The notes below the pieces were generated by a model. It was not told the DNA's origin. It saw only the letters and a list, made by a program, of their open reading frames with translations, and searched no databases. A DNA stretch of 64,000 nt from an uncultured Nitrospiraceae bacterium (GTDB taxonomy: Bacteria; Nitrospirota; UBA9217): NCBI GenBank assembly GCA_964586075.1, contig CAZPGZ010000017.1:755-64754 (forward strand), written 5' to 3'. Position numbers and translations under genes: made by a program. Below are positions 50,292-61,133 of the stretch, in pieces; positions within the stretch are counted from its first letter, which is position 1, and each line of letters opens with the position of its first letter.

Positions 50292-51164
50292 TCAGATCAG
50301 GTTGTAATCCTGCAACGCTTTTTTCAGTTTTTGTTTGTTTGCATCAGCCATGGGGCAGAGGGGCAGGCGGAACTCTTCCGCAACTTTGCCCATGAGTGCG
50401 AGAGCAGTCTTCGCCGGAATCGGATTTGTCTCGATAAACATGGCAGTGTGCAGCGGCTCCAGCTTATAATGAAGCTGAAGGGCTTTCTCCAGGTCCCCGG
50501 CAAAAAATGCGTCAAACAGGGCCGCGCAATCGGCAGGCGCCACATTCGCCGTGACGGAAATGGAACCGACGCCGCCGATGGAAAGAACGGGAAGATTGGT
50601 AAAGTCGTCCCCCGAGATCACATCAAAATCCCTGCCGCAGAGCCGGAGCACCTCACTGATTTGCTTCAAATCGCCGGTGGCCTCTTTGATGCCGACGATA
50701 TTTGCAATTTCGCGAAGACGCGCCACGGTTTCCGGCAGCATGTTCACTCCTGTCCGGCCGGGCACATTGTAAAGAATAATAGGAATCTCCGTGGACTCCG
50801 CGACCGTCTTGAAGTGTCGGTACAGACCTTCCTGCGTGGGTTTGTTATAATACGGCGTAATAAGCAGCACACCGTCCGCGCCCGCTTTTTTTGCAAAACG
50901 GGTAAGCTCCCGCGTTTCTTCGGTGCTGTTTGAACCGGCGCCCGCGACGACAGGTATGCGCTTGTTTACTGTCTGGACGGTGAACTCGACCACACGGTGG
51001 TGCTCCTCGTGTGAAAGCGTCGCGGACTCTCCTGATGTCCCACAAGGCACGATTGCGTCGGTGCCGTTTTTTATATGGAACTCGATCAGATCGCCGTAGG
51101 CTTTTTCATCCACGGTCCCGTTTTTGAACGGTGTGATTATGGCAACCATCGACCCTTTAAACAT
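50292..51164 (-). CDS. dapA: 4-hydroxy-tetrahydrodipicolinate synthase
   Basis: GSMVAIITPF...VPCGTSGE motifs; start trimmed. Confidence 0.9.
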   Translation of the reverse strand: MFKGSMVAIITPFKNGTVDEKAYGDLIEFHIKNGTDAIVPCGTSGESATLSHEEHHRVVEFTVQTVNKRIPVVAGAGSNSTEETRELTRFAKKAGADGVLLITPYYNKPTQEGLYRHFKTVAESTEIPIILYNVPGRTGVNMLPETVARLREIANIVGIKEATGDLKQISEVLRLCGRDFDVISGDDFTNLPVLSIGGVGSISVTANVAPADCAALFDAFFAGDLEKALQLHYKLEPLHTAMFIETNPIPAKTALALMGKVAEEFRLPLCPMADANKQKLKKALQDYNLI

Positions 51165-51258
51165 AGCAACCCCCTCATAATGCGTACTATAAATGCCTTC
51201 AGAACATCGGGACCCGCGTGCCGGTAATCTGCAATGCACGGGAAACAATATACGGTTA

Positions 51259-52080
51259 TCAGCAGTACAAGAGCCCTTCGCATATTATCTTTGCTTCCCC
51301 TTCGAGGAAGATTTCCCTGAATTCCGACGGTGTTCTCTCATAAGAAACAGTCAGTTTTTCACCACTTTTCGTTATAACCTCAACCGGTGAAGAGACCGCC
51401 TTGATGGAGCCTGCAATAAGTGCGGCGGCAACAGAACCCGTTCCGCATGCCAAGGTCTCACCCTCCACTCCGCGTTCATAGGTTCTGATTCTGAGTTTAC
51501 GCGGGCTGAGGATCTGAATAAAGTTGACGTTCGTGCCTGCCGGTTTGAAAAGTGCGTGGTATCTTGTCGCACGGCCGATGCGGTCCACATCTTCCTGGTC
51601 AATATCTTTTGAAAAATAGACAAGATGGGGCACGCCGGTATTAATAAAATGCCCCATGCGTAAACCGCCCTCAAGCGGAACAGCTATATTCATGCGCAGA
51701 CCGAAGGCGTCGGTAAGCTGTACTTTTACCCGGTCGTTTTTAACCTGCGCCCCAATGGGGCCTGCCAATGTTTCGAACGTCATTTTTTTCGGGGCTATCT
51801 TTTTTAGATAGGCGAATCGCGCAGCGCACCGAGAACCGTTGCCGCACATTTCGGCCTCACTGCCATCCGCGTTAAAGAAGTGCCATTTGAAGTCACACTT
51901 CCGCGACGCAGCAATCACGATCAGTCCGTCGGCGCCCACCGAATAATGCCGATTGCAGACGTTCAATGCCGTTTTCTTGAGATTTTTTCCTTTCAGAACA
52001 CCTTTGCGATTGTCGATCAGAATAAAATCATTGCCGCTTCCCTGCATCTTATAAAACGGTATTTTTTTCTGCTGTCGCAT
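51259..52080 (-). CDS. dapF: Diaminopimelate epimerase
   Basis: FYKMQGSGNDFILID N-terminus, two-Cys epimerase fold (GNGSRC, CGTGS). Confidence 0.9.
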   Translation of the reverse strand: MRQQKKIPFYKMQGSGNDFILIDNRKGVLKGKNLKKTALNVCNRHYSVGADGLIVIAASRKCDFKWHFFNADGSEAEMCGNGSRCAARFAYLKKIAPKKMTFETLAGPIGAQVKNDRVKVQLTDAFGLRMNIAVPLEGGLRMGHFINTGVPHLVYFSKDIDQEDVDRIGRATRYHALFKPAGTNVNFIQILSPRKLRIRTYERGVEGETLACGTGSVAAALIAGSIKAVSSPVEVITKSGEKLTVSYERTPSEFREIFLEGEAKIICEGLLYC

Positions 52081-52127
52081 AGGGCACTTCCTCTCAGGGT
52101 TTTCCGTAGTCAGGGCATGCGTGCGCG

Positions 52128-53393
52128 CTAACCTGCCAGCCATCGCGGGACTTTTTCCCCTTTAATAAGATCATTGTAGGTTTCCCGTTCCCGGACAACA
52201 TAATATTCGCTGCCCTTGACCATCACTTCCGGTATGCGAAGGCGCGAATTATAGTTGGATGACATGGAGAAACCATAGGCGCCGGCGCCCATGACCGCAA
52301 GCAGGTCTCCCGGCTGCATATCCGCCATGCGACGGTCTTTTGCAAGAAAGTCGCCTGATTCACAGATGGGGCCGACGACCTCGGTCGTCAGCAACGCCGT
52401 GTCGCCAGCGGATTCGGCCACCGGACGGATGTCATGATACGCTTCATACAGGCTGGGTCGGATCAAATCATTCATGCCGGCATCAACGATGAGGAAGCGC
52501 TTTTTATCGCCGTCCTTGCGGTATAGAGCACTGGTTACGAGTATGCCCGCGTTGCCCACGATCGCTCTTCCCGGTTCCATGACAATGGTGCATCCCGAGC
52601 CGCTGAGCAGGGGCCGTACCGCCTTTGCCACATCGCTTGGGAGGGGCGGAGTTTCATCCTTATAGGTGATGCCCAATCCGCCCCCGATGTTGATGTATTG
52701 AATATTCATGCCGGCAGACCGAAGGTCTTTTACAAACTCGACAAGCTTTTCCAGGGCGTCTACAAAAGGCTGCACCTCGGTGATTTGGGAGCCAATATGC
52801 TGATGCACGCCGATGACTTCAATGTTCGACAGCTTTTTCGCGGTTTGATAGTATTCAAGCGCGTGCTCGATGGGGATCCCGAATTTATTCTCCTTGAGGC
52901 CGGTGGAAATATAAGGATGTGTTTTCGGGTCGATGTTCGGGTTCACTCTGAGCGCAATACGCGCAACCGCGTGCATGTCTTTTGCAGCCTGATCGATTGC
53001 ATGCAACTCTTCTCCTGATTCCACGTTAAACATCAGGATGCCCACTTTGAGGGCGTATTCTATTTCATCCCGGCGTTTTCCAACTCCGGCAAAAACGATT
53101 TTGTGAGGGTCGATGCCTGCCCGAAGGGCGCGAAACAGTTCACCGCCGGAGACCATATCCGCTCCCGCGCCTTCGCGGCTGAGAAGTCTGAGGACGGCGC
53201 TGTTCGAGTTGGCTTTCAGCGCGAAGCAAATGAGATGGGGAACGCCTGCAAACGCGTTGTCGAAAGCGCGAAAATGGTTCACGAGCGTGCGGCTGCTGTA
53301 CAGATAAAACGGCGTGCCGACCCGCTGGGCGACGCTTCTGACGGATACGTCTTCACAATACAACTCGCCATTTCTGTATTGAAAATCGTGCAT
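52128..53393 (-). CDS. lysA: Diaminopimelate decarboxylase
   Basis: PLP fold-III decarboxylase, GTPFYLY N-terminal motif, 421 aa. Confidence 0.9.
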   Translation of the reverse strand: MHDFQYRNGELYCEDVSVRSVAQRVGTPFYLYSSRTLVNHFRAFDNAFAGVPHLICFALKANSNSAVLRLLSREGAGADMVSGGELFRALRAGIDPHKIVFAGVGKRRDEIEYALKVGILMFNVESGEELHAIDQAAKDMHAVARIALRVNPNIDPKTHPYISTGLKENKFGIPIEHALEYYQTAKKLSNIEVIGVHQHIGSQITEVQPFVDALEKLVEFVKDLRSAGMNIQYINIGGGLGITYKDETPPLPSDVAKAVRPLLSGSGCTIVMEPGRAIVGNAGILVTSALYRKDGDKKRFLIVDAGMNDLIRPSLYEAYHDIRPVAESAGDTALLTTEVVGPICESGDFLAKDRRMADMQPGDLLAVMGAGAYGFSMSSNYNSRLRIPEVMVKGSEYYVVRERETYNDLIKGEKVPRWLAG

Positions 53394-53453
53394 GGTTTAT
53401 CCTCTCCGGAACGTGCTGCGAACCTGGGAATAGAAAAGTAATTTTTCCTGCCG

Positions 53454-54548
53454 CTATGGCATTTGCTTTTTGTTGAATTTTTGTTTCAAATCCTCGACAA
53501 AAGCCTTTTTTTCCTGCGATCGGGCGCTTTCATTGCCCGATTTATCTACTGCGGTGATAACATAAAAATACGTGAAACCCGCTTTTGCCGTTTCATCGGA
53601 AAAGGTCGTCTGGGTAAGAAGTGCCGCGGTCAAACGGACGTAGTCTTTTCCGCTACTGCCGGACCGGTAGACGTAGTAACCCGCAAGATCCGGTTCTGTA
53701 TTTTCATTCCAGGTAAGAAAAACCCGCTCTATGCCCGGAACAGCGGTGAGCCCGGCCGGTCTTGCAGGAGGCGTCGATTTCCGGGGTGTTGCGGACGCCT
53801 CGTTCGAGTCCAGGCTTTCATGCCAGGGAGGCGTCGGGCTGTCTACAGAGCGCACCCGGTAATAATATGTTTTGTCATTCCCGACCGTGGTGTCGTTGTA
53901 TGCGTTTGTTCTGACCGGTTCCTTGTTCAACGGAGTTTCATCGTATTTGTTTTTTTCAGCGGCCCGGTACACATTGTATCCGACAAAACCGTCATATTGA
54001 CTGCCGTCCATTCTTGTGGCCACCGGATCCCAGGAAAGCGTCGTGATGTTCTCTCCTCCCTGCGCGATAAGACCTTTGGGTATGGCAAGGGACAACAGGG
54101 GGGCGATCCGGATTTCCGGCGACCATGCGCTTATTCCGCCCCGCGTGCTTATCGCCCGTATCCGGTATCCATACATCTGATTGTACTTGAGATCGTCATC
54201 ATTCCAGAACACCATGCCGTTCCGGACAACAGCGGGCATGGGGTTCGCCATGTCGATGTCGGCATGACGACGATATCGCGGTGTTTTTTGGTCTTGCCTG
54301 ATTACGGCTCGCTCTATGCGAAATTCACGGATATCAGCCGAACCCATGCTTTTGCCTTCAACATTCCGGACCGGCACAGGCCACGAAAGAAAAGCAGTAG
54401 TATCCCTGGTAACGGCTTTAATGTCCCGAATAATCTCGGGTCTCGGGCTTTCAGGAATAAGAGGCTGGGTTTTCCATCCGCAGGCGCCGGTAATCGTCAG
54501 AACGAGCAGCGCGAAAGCCGCGGTCAAAGATCGTGTATGCATGGTCAT
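53454..54548 (-). CDS. Lipoprotein with three fibronectin type-III-like repeats
   Basis: Lipobox ITGAC; three repeats ending in YxYRIRAIS / YYYRVRSVD / [15 protein letters not shown]. Confidence 0.6.
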   Translation of the reverse strand: MTMHTRSLTAAFALLVLTITGACGWKTQPLIPESPRPEIIRDIKAVTRDTTAFLSWPVPVRNVEGKSMGSADIREFRIERAVIRQDQKTPRYRRHADIDMANPMPAVVRNGMVFWNDDDLKYNQMYGYRIRAISTRGGISAWSPEIRIAPLLSLAIPKGLIAQGGENITTLSWDPVATRMDGSQYDGFVGYNVYRAAEKNKYDETPLNKEPVRTNAYNDTTVGNDKTYYYRVRSVDSPTPPWHESLDSNEASATPRKSTPPARPAGLTAVPGIERVFLTWNENTEPDLAGYYVYRSGSSGKDYVRLTAALLTQTTFSDETAKAGFTYFYVITAVDKSGNESARSQEKKAFVEDLKQKFNKKQMP

Positions 54549-55981
54549 CGCATCTTTTTCTTGAGCGCGAAGAGGCGCTTGCGCAGGTTTGTTGGAGCGG
54601 TGCCTCCCTGTGAAATACGTCTGCCCACAGAGGCTTCTAGGGACAGTGCGTCGTATACGTCTTTATTGATCAGGGGCGAAAGCTGTTTATATTCCCTGAG
54701 CGGCAGGGTCGAAAGGCCGCACCCCTGCTCAAGAGCGCGGAGGACCGCCTTGCCCACGACTTCGTGCGCCTGCCTAAAAGGAAGGCCTTTCCGCACCAGA
54801 TAGTCGGCAAGGTCTGTGGCGGTAATAAAGCCGTCGTCGGCGGCCCTGTGCATTGCGTCTTTGTGCACCGTGATGCTTTTCAGCATGTCGATAAACACGG
54901 AAAGCGACTGTTTCACCGTATCCGCGGCGTCAAAAAGGGGTTCCTTGTCCTCCTGCATGTCGCGGTTGTACGCGAGCGGCAGGCCTTTCATGATCGTCAA
55001 AAGCGCCACAAGACTGCCGTATACTCGTCCGGTTTTGCCGCGGGCAAGTTCAGCCACATCGGGATTCTTTTTCTGAGGCATGATGGAGGAGCCGGTGGTG
55101 AACGCATCCGAAATGGTAATAAATTTAAATTCGGACGTCGACCACAGGACAAGTTCCTCTGAAAGCCGTGACAGATGCATCATAATCTGGGAGCAGGCCG
55201 CAGTAAACTCGATGGCAAAATCCCGGTCGGACACCGCATCCATGCTGTTTTCTGCGACTTCACTGAATGCGAGCTGTTTGGCCACAAAAAGCCGGTCGAT
55301 GGGAAGTACGGTTCCTGCAAGGGCACCCGCACCCAGTGGCAAAACATTCACGCGCCTGAAGCAATCGGTAAGACGGTTTCTGTCCCGCTCGAACATTTCG
55401 TAATACGCGAGCAGATGATGGCCGAAAAGCACGGGCTGTGCGCGCTGCAGATGCGTGTAACCCGGAAGGACGACCTCGGAATGCCTGTCTGCGAGCGACA
55501 CCAGGGTTTTTTGCATTGAGCCGAGCAAGTCATGCAGTTCGGCAATCTCGTCCCGCACATACATGCGAAGATCGAGGGCAACCTGGTCATTTCTGCTCCG
55601 CGCGGTGTGCAGCTTGCCGCCGACGGAGCCGATTTTGCGCATCAGGCGGCTTTCAATATTCATGTGGATGTCTTCAAGCTCCAGGCGAAACTTAAAAACA
55701 CCGGTGGTAATTTCCTTGAGAATATCCTCCAGTCCGCGCACAATTCTGGCGGCTTCCTTCTTGGTGATAATGCCGGTTTTTGCCAGCATCGTGGCGTGGG
55801 CTATGCTGCCTGCGATATCATAGGGATAAAGCCGCCAGTCATACGGAATTGAAGCAGTGAACTCTTCCACGAGTTTGTTCGTGGCTTCCGTGAATCTGCC
55901 GGCCCAGGGTTTGGGCGCGGCCGCCGCCGTCCTTGTTTTTCCCCTTTTTTTCGATGATGTATTTTTTTTCGCAGTGTTCAT
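54545..55981 (-). CDS. argH: Argininosuccinate lyase
   Basis: GRF...SRNDQ and fumarase/lyase signature region; start trimmed. Confidence 0.9.
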   Translation of the reverse strand: MNTAKKNTSSKKRGKTRTAAAAPKPWAGRFTEATNKLVEEFTASIPYDWRLYPYDIAGSIAHATMLAKTGIITKKEAARIVRGLEDILKEITTGVFKFRLELEDIHMNIESRLMRKIGSVGGKLHTARSRNDQVALDLRMYVRDEIAELHDLLGSMQKTLVSLADRHSEVVLPGYTHLQRAQPVLFGHHLLAYYEMFERDRNRLTDCFRRVNVLPLGAGALAGTVLPIDRLFVAKQLAFSEVAENSMDAVSDRDFAIEFTAACSQIMMHLSRLSEELVLWSTSEFKFITISDAFTTGSSIMPQKKNPDVAELARGKTGRVYGSLVALLTIMKGLPLAYNRDMQEDKEPLFDAADTVKQSLSVFIDMLKSITVHKDAMHRAADDGFITATDLADYLVRKGLPFRQAHEVVGKAVLRALEQGCGLSTLPLREYKQLSPLINKDVYDALSLEASVGRRISQGGTAPTNLRKRLFALKKKMR

Positions 55982-56071
55982 AAAATGGTTGACCAGATTA
56001 AAAAATTGAGAAAAAATTACAGCTGACAATCATAATGCATGAAGCGCAATGATTGTTGCTGTTTCGCTTTT

Positions 56072-57277
56072 TCAGCAGGATCCTCTTCTTTTTGCAACTC
56101 TCAGCCGCAGAGCATTCAATCGGATGAAACCTTCCGCGTCCTTTTGGTTATAAACCGTCTCGGCTTCGAAGGTGGCAAGTTCCGGATTATAGAGCGACAC
56201 CGGGGATTTTCTACCCACGGTTTCGCAATTCCCTTTGTAAAGTTTCAGGCGTGCGGTGCCGGTCACGTTCTTCTGTGATTCATCAATCGCTGCCTGCAGC
56301 ATGACGCGGTCGGGCGAGAACCAGTATCCGTAGTAAACCAGTTCGGCATAATTCGGCATCATGCCGTCCCGGAGGTGCATCACTTCGCGGTCCATGGTGA
56401 TGGACTCCACGGCCCGATGGGCCGCGTGCAGGAGCGTGCCGCCCGGGGTTTCGTAGACGCCCCGGGATTTCATTCCCACGAAACGGTTTTCCACCAAATC
56501 AACCCTGCCGACGCCATGGCTGCCGGCAATCCGGTTTGCTTCCGCCAGGAGAGCGGCCGGAGAAAGTCTTTTCTTATTGATTGCCACCGGGTTCCCGGCC
56601 TCATATTCAACTTCGACGTACTCCGGTTTGTCCGGCGCCTTTTCCACCGGTACGGCCAGCGTGTACATGTCCTCGGTTGATTCTTTCCACGGGTCTTCCA
56701 GAATTCCGCCTTCGTAACTGATATGCAGAAGGTTGCGGTCAGTGGAAAACGGTTTGGACTTGGTTGCCGTCACGGGAATTCTGTGCTTTTCAGCATACGC
56801 AAATAGATCTTCACGGCCTTTCATGCCCCACTCGCGCCAGGGTGCGACAATCTTGACGTCCGGTTTGAGCGCAAAGTAAGTCAGTTCAAAACGGACCTGG
56901 TCATTTCCCTTGCCGGTCGCTCCATGGCAGACGGCATCAGCCTCTTCCTGCTCGGCAATTTCGATCTGCCGTTTTGCGATCAGGGGACGGGCAATGGAGG
57001 TCCCGAGAAAATAGCGGCCCTCGTACACGGCGTTTGCCCGCAGCATGGGAAATACGAAATCTTTCACAAACTCCTCGCGCAAATCGTCGATGTAAATCTT
57101 GCTAGCGCCGGTCTTGATTGCCTTCTCGCGGAGCGGTTCGAGTTCTTCTCCCTGGCCTACGTCGGCGGTAAAGGCGATGACTTCACACCCATACTCCTCT
57201 TTGAGCCAGGTAATGATGACTGAAGTGTCAAGGCCGCCGGAATAGGCGACTACGATTTTTTTTATATTTTGCTTCAA
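56072..57277 (-). CDS. argG: Argininosuccinate synthase
   Basis: [11 protein letters not shown]-loop and ArgG type-I length. Confidence 0.92.
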   Translation of the reverse strand: MKQNIKKIVVAYSGGLDTSVIITWLKEEYGCEVIAFTADVGQGEELEPLREKAIKTGASKIYIDDLREEFVKDFVFPMLRANAVYEGRYFLGTSIARPLIAKRQIEIAEQEEADAVCHGATGKGNDQVRFELTYFALKPDVKIVAPWREWGMKGREDLFAYAEKHRIPVTATKSKPFSTDRNLLHISYEGGILEDPWKESTEDMYTLAVPVEKAPDKPEYVEVEYEAGNPVAINKKRLSPAALLAEANRIAGSHGVGRVDLVENRFVGMKSRGVYETPGGTLLHAAHRAVESITMDREVMHLRDGMMPNYAELVYYGYWFSPDRVMLQAAIDESQKNVTGTARLKLYKGNCETVGRKSPVSLYNPELATFEAETVYNQKDAEGFIRLNALRLRVAKRRGSC

Positions 57278-57353
57278 GGTGTCCTGTCCTCGTACTTATC
57301 GTATAGAAAATATTGCTGTATCAAAAAGCAGGCGCGTAACAAAAGAACCGCCC

Positions 57354-57965
57354 TTACTTACCTTCAATAATCTTGACTTTCATCTCGATGCGGTCATTCG
57401 GGTTGTCATTTCCGTCCCGGGGCTGGGAAACGATTTTATCGGCAACATCCATGCCGCTTTCTACCTCTCCGAATACAGTATACTGCCGGTCAAGAAACGA
57501 GGAATCCTTTACGCAAATAAAGAACTGAGAGCCTGCGCTGTCCGGATTCGCCGCCCTGGCCATCGAGAGGGTGCCCCTTTTATGCGGACGCGCGTTGAAT
57601 TCAGCCTTGATCGTGTAGCCGGGTCCTCCCATGCCGTGCATCTTTTTGTCCGGGTTCTTCGAGTTCGGATCTCCACCCTGTATCATGAATCCGGGAATTA
57701 CCCGGTGAAAGGTTGTGCCGTCATACAGCCCCTTCTGTGCAAGATCGATGAAGTTTTTCACATGTCCCGGCGCGACGTCAGGAAAAAATTTCAGAGTAAT
57801 GTTGCCGAATTTTGTTTCAATAATTGCTTTTGTTGTAGACATTTTCTTGATCTCCTTTTTGGTGACCGGTATAGTCTTGGGTTGCGGTGAGCCGAACTGC
57901 GCATAGGCAGCAACGCTTATACAAAGGCCGAGTACGACCGCAAAAACCAGTTTTATTGTTTTCAT
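57354..57965 (-). CDS. Periplasmic cyclophilin-type peptidyl-prolyl cis-trans isomerase
   Basis: Signal peptide then FHRVIPGFMIQGGDP cyclophilin motif. Confidence 0.88.
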   Translation of the reverse strand: MKTIKLVFAVVLGLCISVAAYAQFGSPQPKTIPVTKKEIKKMSTTKAIIETKFGNITLKFFPDVAPGHVKNFIDLAQKGLYDGTTFHRVIPGFMIQGGDPNSKNPDKKMHGMGGPGYTIKAEFNARPHKRGTLSMARAANPDSAGSQFFICVKDSSFLDRQYTVFGEVESGMDVADKIVSQPRDGNDNPNDRIEMKVKIIEGK

Positions 57966-58403
57966 CTAATCCGCTCCTTTGCAGAATAATGCAGAATTTT
58001 AACGAGAATATACATTTCTACCAGAAACCCGGAGGGATGTCAAATAAAACCAGAGAGTTACGCGGGGGCAGCGCGGGGGCAGGGACCTGCCAAAAGTTTG
58101 CTCATTGTATGCTCAGGTGCTGAAAGAGTTTTTAGGGAGAACCATCGTTCAACAGTCGGATTCATCCCCTTGCGGCAAAGAATAGAGAATGCTGTTTATG
58201 ATCACTGATTTTCATCAGGAACGCCCTGAGTTTCTCAGTAGTAAAAAAACAGTGCTGCGCAAAACGACAACCCTGGCATCTCATTCGGTATTATATTTTT
58301 TACAATAAGCTGTTGAAAATACGTGTATATTTGTGCGTTGATGAAGCGCCACGCCTGACGAATCGTTTTTCTATTGACAGGCAAATCATTATGCGATACA
58401 AAA

Positions 58404-58417
58404 CGTGTATATACACG
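58404..58417. promoter_or_regulatory. Perfect 14-bp palindrome CGTGTATATACACG (MarR operator candidate) in marR promoter region
   Basis: Exact dyad 30 nt upstream of marR start; a related dyad lies at 58924..58939. Confidence 0.5.
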
Positions 58418-58448
58418 CTTTTCATGATTGTCTTCTCAGGACGACAGG

Positions 58449-58907
58449 ATGACTAAAACAAGACACGCTGATGGACGCGTACCGAGTTACCGGAGCCCGA
58501 GCAAATGCGTCTGTTCCAATGTGCGGAGGGCTTCGCGGGCGATCACAAAATTTTATGATGCCGCCATGGATCCAAGCGGACTCAAAATCACGCAATTCGC
58601 CATGCTGCGGAATATCTCGATGTCCGGTGCGTTGAACGCCAGTGAATTAGCGCAGATATTGAGGCTTGACCGCACGACTCTCGTCAGAAATCTCAAGTCG
58701 TTACAAGAACAGCGGCTTATCGAAAATGCTGCCAGTGAGGATTCCCGCACGCGGCCCTTGACGGTTACTCCAAAAGGCAGAAAGACACTGGAGTCCGCCC
58801 TTCCTTATTGGGAAGAAGCGCAGGCAGCCATTTCCTCAAAGCTGGGATTGGAAAACCTTGAACAATTCGTTTCTTTGTTGATGAAGGTCGGGTCTTTGAC
58901 TGATTGA
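58449..58907 (+). CDS. MarR-family transcriptional regulator
   Basis: wHTH MarR core (LKITQFAMLRNI..ELAQILRLDRTTLVRNLKSLQEQRLI..RPLTVTPKGR). Confidence 0.8.
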   Translation: MTKTRHADGRVPSYRSPSKCVCSNVRRASRAITKFYDAAMDPSGLKITQFAMLRNISMSGALNASELAQILRLDRTTLVRNLKSLQEQRLIENAASEDSRTRPLTVTPKGRKTLESALPYWEEAQAAISSKLGLENLEQFVSLLMKVGSLTD

Positions 58908-58923
58908 TTTTTTTTGATTGTTC

Positions 58924-58939
58924 GCGTGTAGATACACGC
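58924..58939. promoter_or_regulatory. Inverted repeat GCGTGTA-GA-TACACGC upstream of queG-like gene (second MarR operator candidate)
   Basis: Same CGTGTA-N2-TACACG arms as the upstream palindrome; 35 nt before the downstream start codon. Confidence 0.45.
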
Positions 58940-58973
58940 AAAAGGTTCACCATCTGATGGAGGGGCAGATACC

Positions 58974-60104
58974 ATGTCATTAGCACGGAAAATAAAAGAA
59001 TACGCTCTGGACCTCGGCTACTGCAAGGCGGGCATCACCACGACGGACGGTTTTCCCGACTACAGTGAAGATTTAAAATCCCGGCGTGAAATGTATTCCT
59101 TCTATATTGATTCGACCCGCAAACCGCTGGAAGCGGCGAATCCACGAAACATTTTTCCTGCAGCTAAGTCGATAGTATCGGTCGCCTATGATTACGCGTC
59201 CCTGTCTTTTCCGGAAAAATTGCTGGGTAAGATCGGCCGGATTTATCAGGCACGGTGCTATATGGCCCCTCCGCATCGTATCAACGGCGCCCGCTCTGAA
59301 TTGCTGAAAAAATTTTTGGAACAAAACGGCTGCCGGGTAAGCCCGTATGAGCATTGGCACCCGGAGCGGCTGGTAGCCGCCCGTGCCGGGGTCTCTCGTT
59401 ACGGCAAGAACAATTTTTCGTATGTCGAGGGAATCGGGTCGTTTGTGGTGCTCAGCTCTTTTGTCGTGGATGCCGAACTTGAGCAGGATGCCCCCACGCT
59501 GGAGGTACAGTGTCCGGACAATTGCAAGGCGTGCATGAACGCCTGCCCTACCGGCGCGATTTACGAACCGCTCAAACTGAATCCCCGGCGGTGCATCTCG
59601 TATAACAACTGGTGGACCAATAACCGGCCCGGGGTGAGCTGCACCATTCCTGCAGAAATCAGGGAAAAAATGGGGACCCGGGTTCACGGCTGCGACGTTT
59701 GTCAGGAAGTCTGTCCCCGCAATCAGGCGAGGTTGAAAATGAAACTGCCTCCGGACCCCTTCCTTGAGCAGATCGCACAGGATTTCAGTCTGCGCAAAAT
59801 GCTGAACATGACTGATGACTTTTATGCGCAAAGAGTGCAGCCTTTGATGTATAACTATATAAAGGAAAAGAAATGGTTCCAGAGAAATGCCGCCATCGCG
59901 CTCGGCAATACGAAAGATCCCGGATATATACAAGATCTCCGCACGGCCATGCAGGATCCGGAAGATGTTGTCCGGGGATATTCCGCCTGGGCTTTGGGCA
60001 GAATCGGAGGCAGCGAAGCGAAGCAAATTCTTGAACTGAGCCTGAGCCGGGAAACGTCAGATGATGCCAGAAAAGAAATTGAAGCGGCCCTTGCCGAGGC
60101 CTGA
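58974..60104 (+). CDS. queG: Epoxyqueuosine reductase QueG-family protein (DUF1730 + 4Fe-4S + C-terminal HEAT-like repeats)
   Basis: Collinear matches to E. coli QueG motifs: LARKIKEYALDLGY, CKACMNACPTGAI, RRCISY, GCDVCQEVCPRN, RNAAIALGN. Confidence 0.7.
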   Translation: MSLARKIKEYALDLGYCKAGITTTDGFPDYSEDLKSRREMYSFYIDSTRKPLEAANPRNIFPAAKSIVSVAYDYASLSFPEKLLGKIGRIYQARCYMAPPHRINGARSELLKKFLEQNGCRVSPYEHWHPERLVAARAGVSRYGKNNFSYVEGIGSFVVLSSFVVDAELEQDAPTLEVQCPDNCKACMNACPTGAIYEPLKLNPRRCISYNNWWTNNRPGVSCTIPAEIREKMGTRVHGCDVCQEVCPRNQARLKMKLPPDPFLEQIAQDFSLRKMLNMTDDFYAQRVQPLMYNYIKEKKWFQRNAAIALGNTKDPGYIQDLRTAMQDPEDVVRGYSAWALGRIGGSEAKQILELSLSRETSDDARKEIEAALAEA

Positions 60105-60184
60105 ACAATCCGGGGTGTATCCTTTTTCGCGTAGTTGGCGTCTATAGGAACAAGAGCGGTTCAATTTCAGAACAGGAGAAACGC

Positions 60185-61090
60185 ATGAACGAAACGAGTA
60201 ACGAAAAAACAGAAAAGATTAACGGCACTGAGCACTGGGTGGAGCAGAATGGAATCAAGCTTTACATCTGGGAAAAGTATCAGAAAAACTCTGCGGGCAA
60301 GCCTGTGGTCATCCTGGCGCATGGTTCTGCCACGGCAGGCAGGGAAAGTTTTGACCTTCAGGTCCCCGGAAAAGCATCGTACAGCCTGATGGATCGTCTG
60401 GCAAGAGAAGGTTTCGATGTATTTGCACTGGATGTCCGCGGCTTCGGCCGTTCGACTCATCCCGAAGGACATATAACTACTGCGGAAGCCAGCGAGGATC
60501 TCGGCGCTGCGGTGGATTATGTCCTGAGATTAAGAGGTGCACAAAAAATAAATCTTCTTGGCTGGTCGTGGGGCACTCAGTACGGCGGCATGTTTATCAT
60601 GGCGCATGCCGACAAAGTTGACAAGTATGTGTGCTACGCTCAGATGCATGCGAACAGCCCGGATATCGCCAAACGGAGGCCTAAAATAGAAACATTCAGA
60701 AAAAACGCCTATATCAGCATTCCCGAAGCAGGATGGAAGCCGCGTTTCTATTCCCTGACGCCGGCAGAGGCGAACGATCCTGTGGTTGTGGACGCGTATG
60801 CCAAAGCTGCCGCGCAGTCGGAAGCCAAAACGCCGACCGGACCGCAGCTCGACCTGATTACCATCACACCCATGGTAAGCCCGCGTCTGGTGCCGGTTCC
60901 TACGATGGTTATTCACGGAGAGTATGATGATGTCGCCGATCTAGACGGCCTGCTGCCGTTCTTTAAGCAGCTTCCCAATCCGTATAAGCGCTACGTCGTC
61001 ATCCCAAACGCAGGACATATGATGCATGTGCAGAAAGGGCATCAATTATTTCAGCATGAGGTTTGCTGTTTTTTCAAGGCAAACCTCTAG
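60185..61090 (+). CDS. Alpha/beta-hydrolase fold protein
   Basis: HGSATAG oxyanion region, GWSWG nucleophile elbow, C-terminal His region (GHMMH). Confidence 0.75.
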   Translation: MNETSNEKTEKINGTEHWVEQNGIKLYIWEKYQKNSAGKPVVILAHGSATAGRESFDLQVPGKASYSLMDRLAREGFDVFALDVRGFGRSTHPEGHITTAEASEDLGAAVDYVLRLRGAQKINLLGWSWGTQYGGMFIMAHADKVDKYVCYAQMHANSPDIAKRRPKIETFRKNAYISIPEAGWKPRFYSLTPAEANDPVVVDAYAKAAAQSEAKTPTGPQLDLITITPMVSPRLVPVPTMVIHGEYDDVADLDGLLPFFKQLPNPYKRYVVIPNAGHMMHVQKGHQLFQHEVCCFFKANL

Positions 61091-61133
61091 GAAGTATGTT
61101 CAAAAAAACAGGCATGAGAATCTTGCCCTGCCA

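Noticed and set aside
53463-54803. 446-aa plus-strand ORF overlapping the FN3 lipoprotein and argH
   Set aside because: Arg/Cys-rich nonsense composition. It is antisense to two well-supported genes.
58061-58082. Tandem direct repeat CGCGGGGGCAG x2 in the ppiase-marR intergenic region
   Set aside because: Only two copies of an 11-mer with no spacer structure. It is not a CRISPR or recognised repeat element, and is most likely chance or slippage.
59073-60026. 317-aa minus-strand ORF antisense to the QueG-family gene
   Set aside because: No motifs. The opposite strand shows collinear QueG signature motifs.
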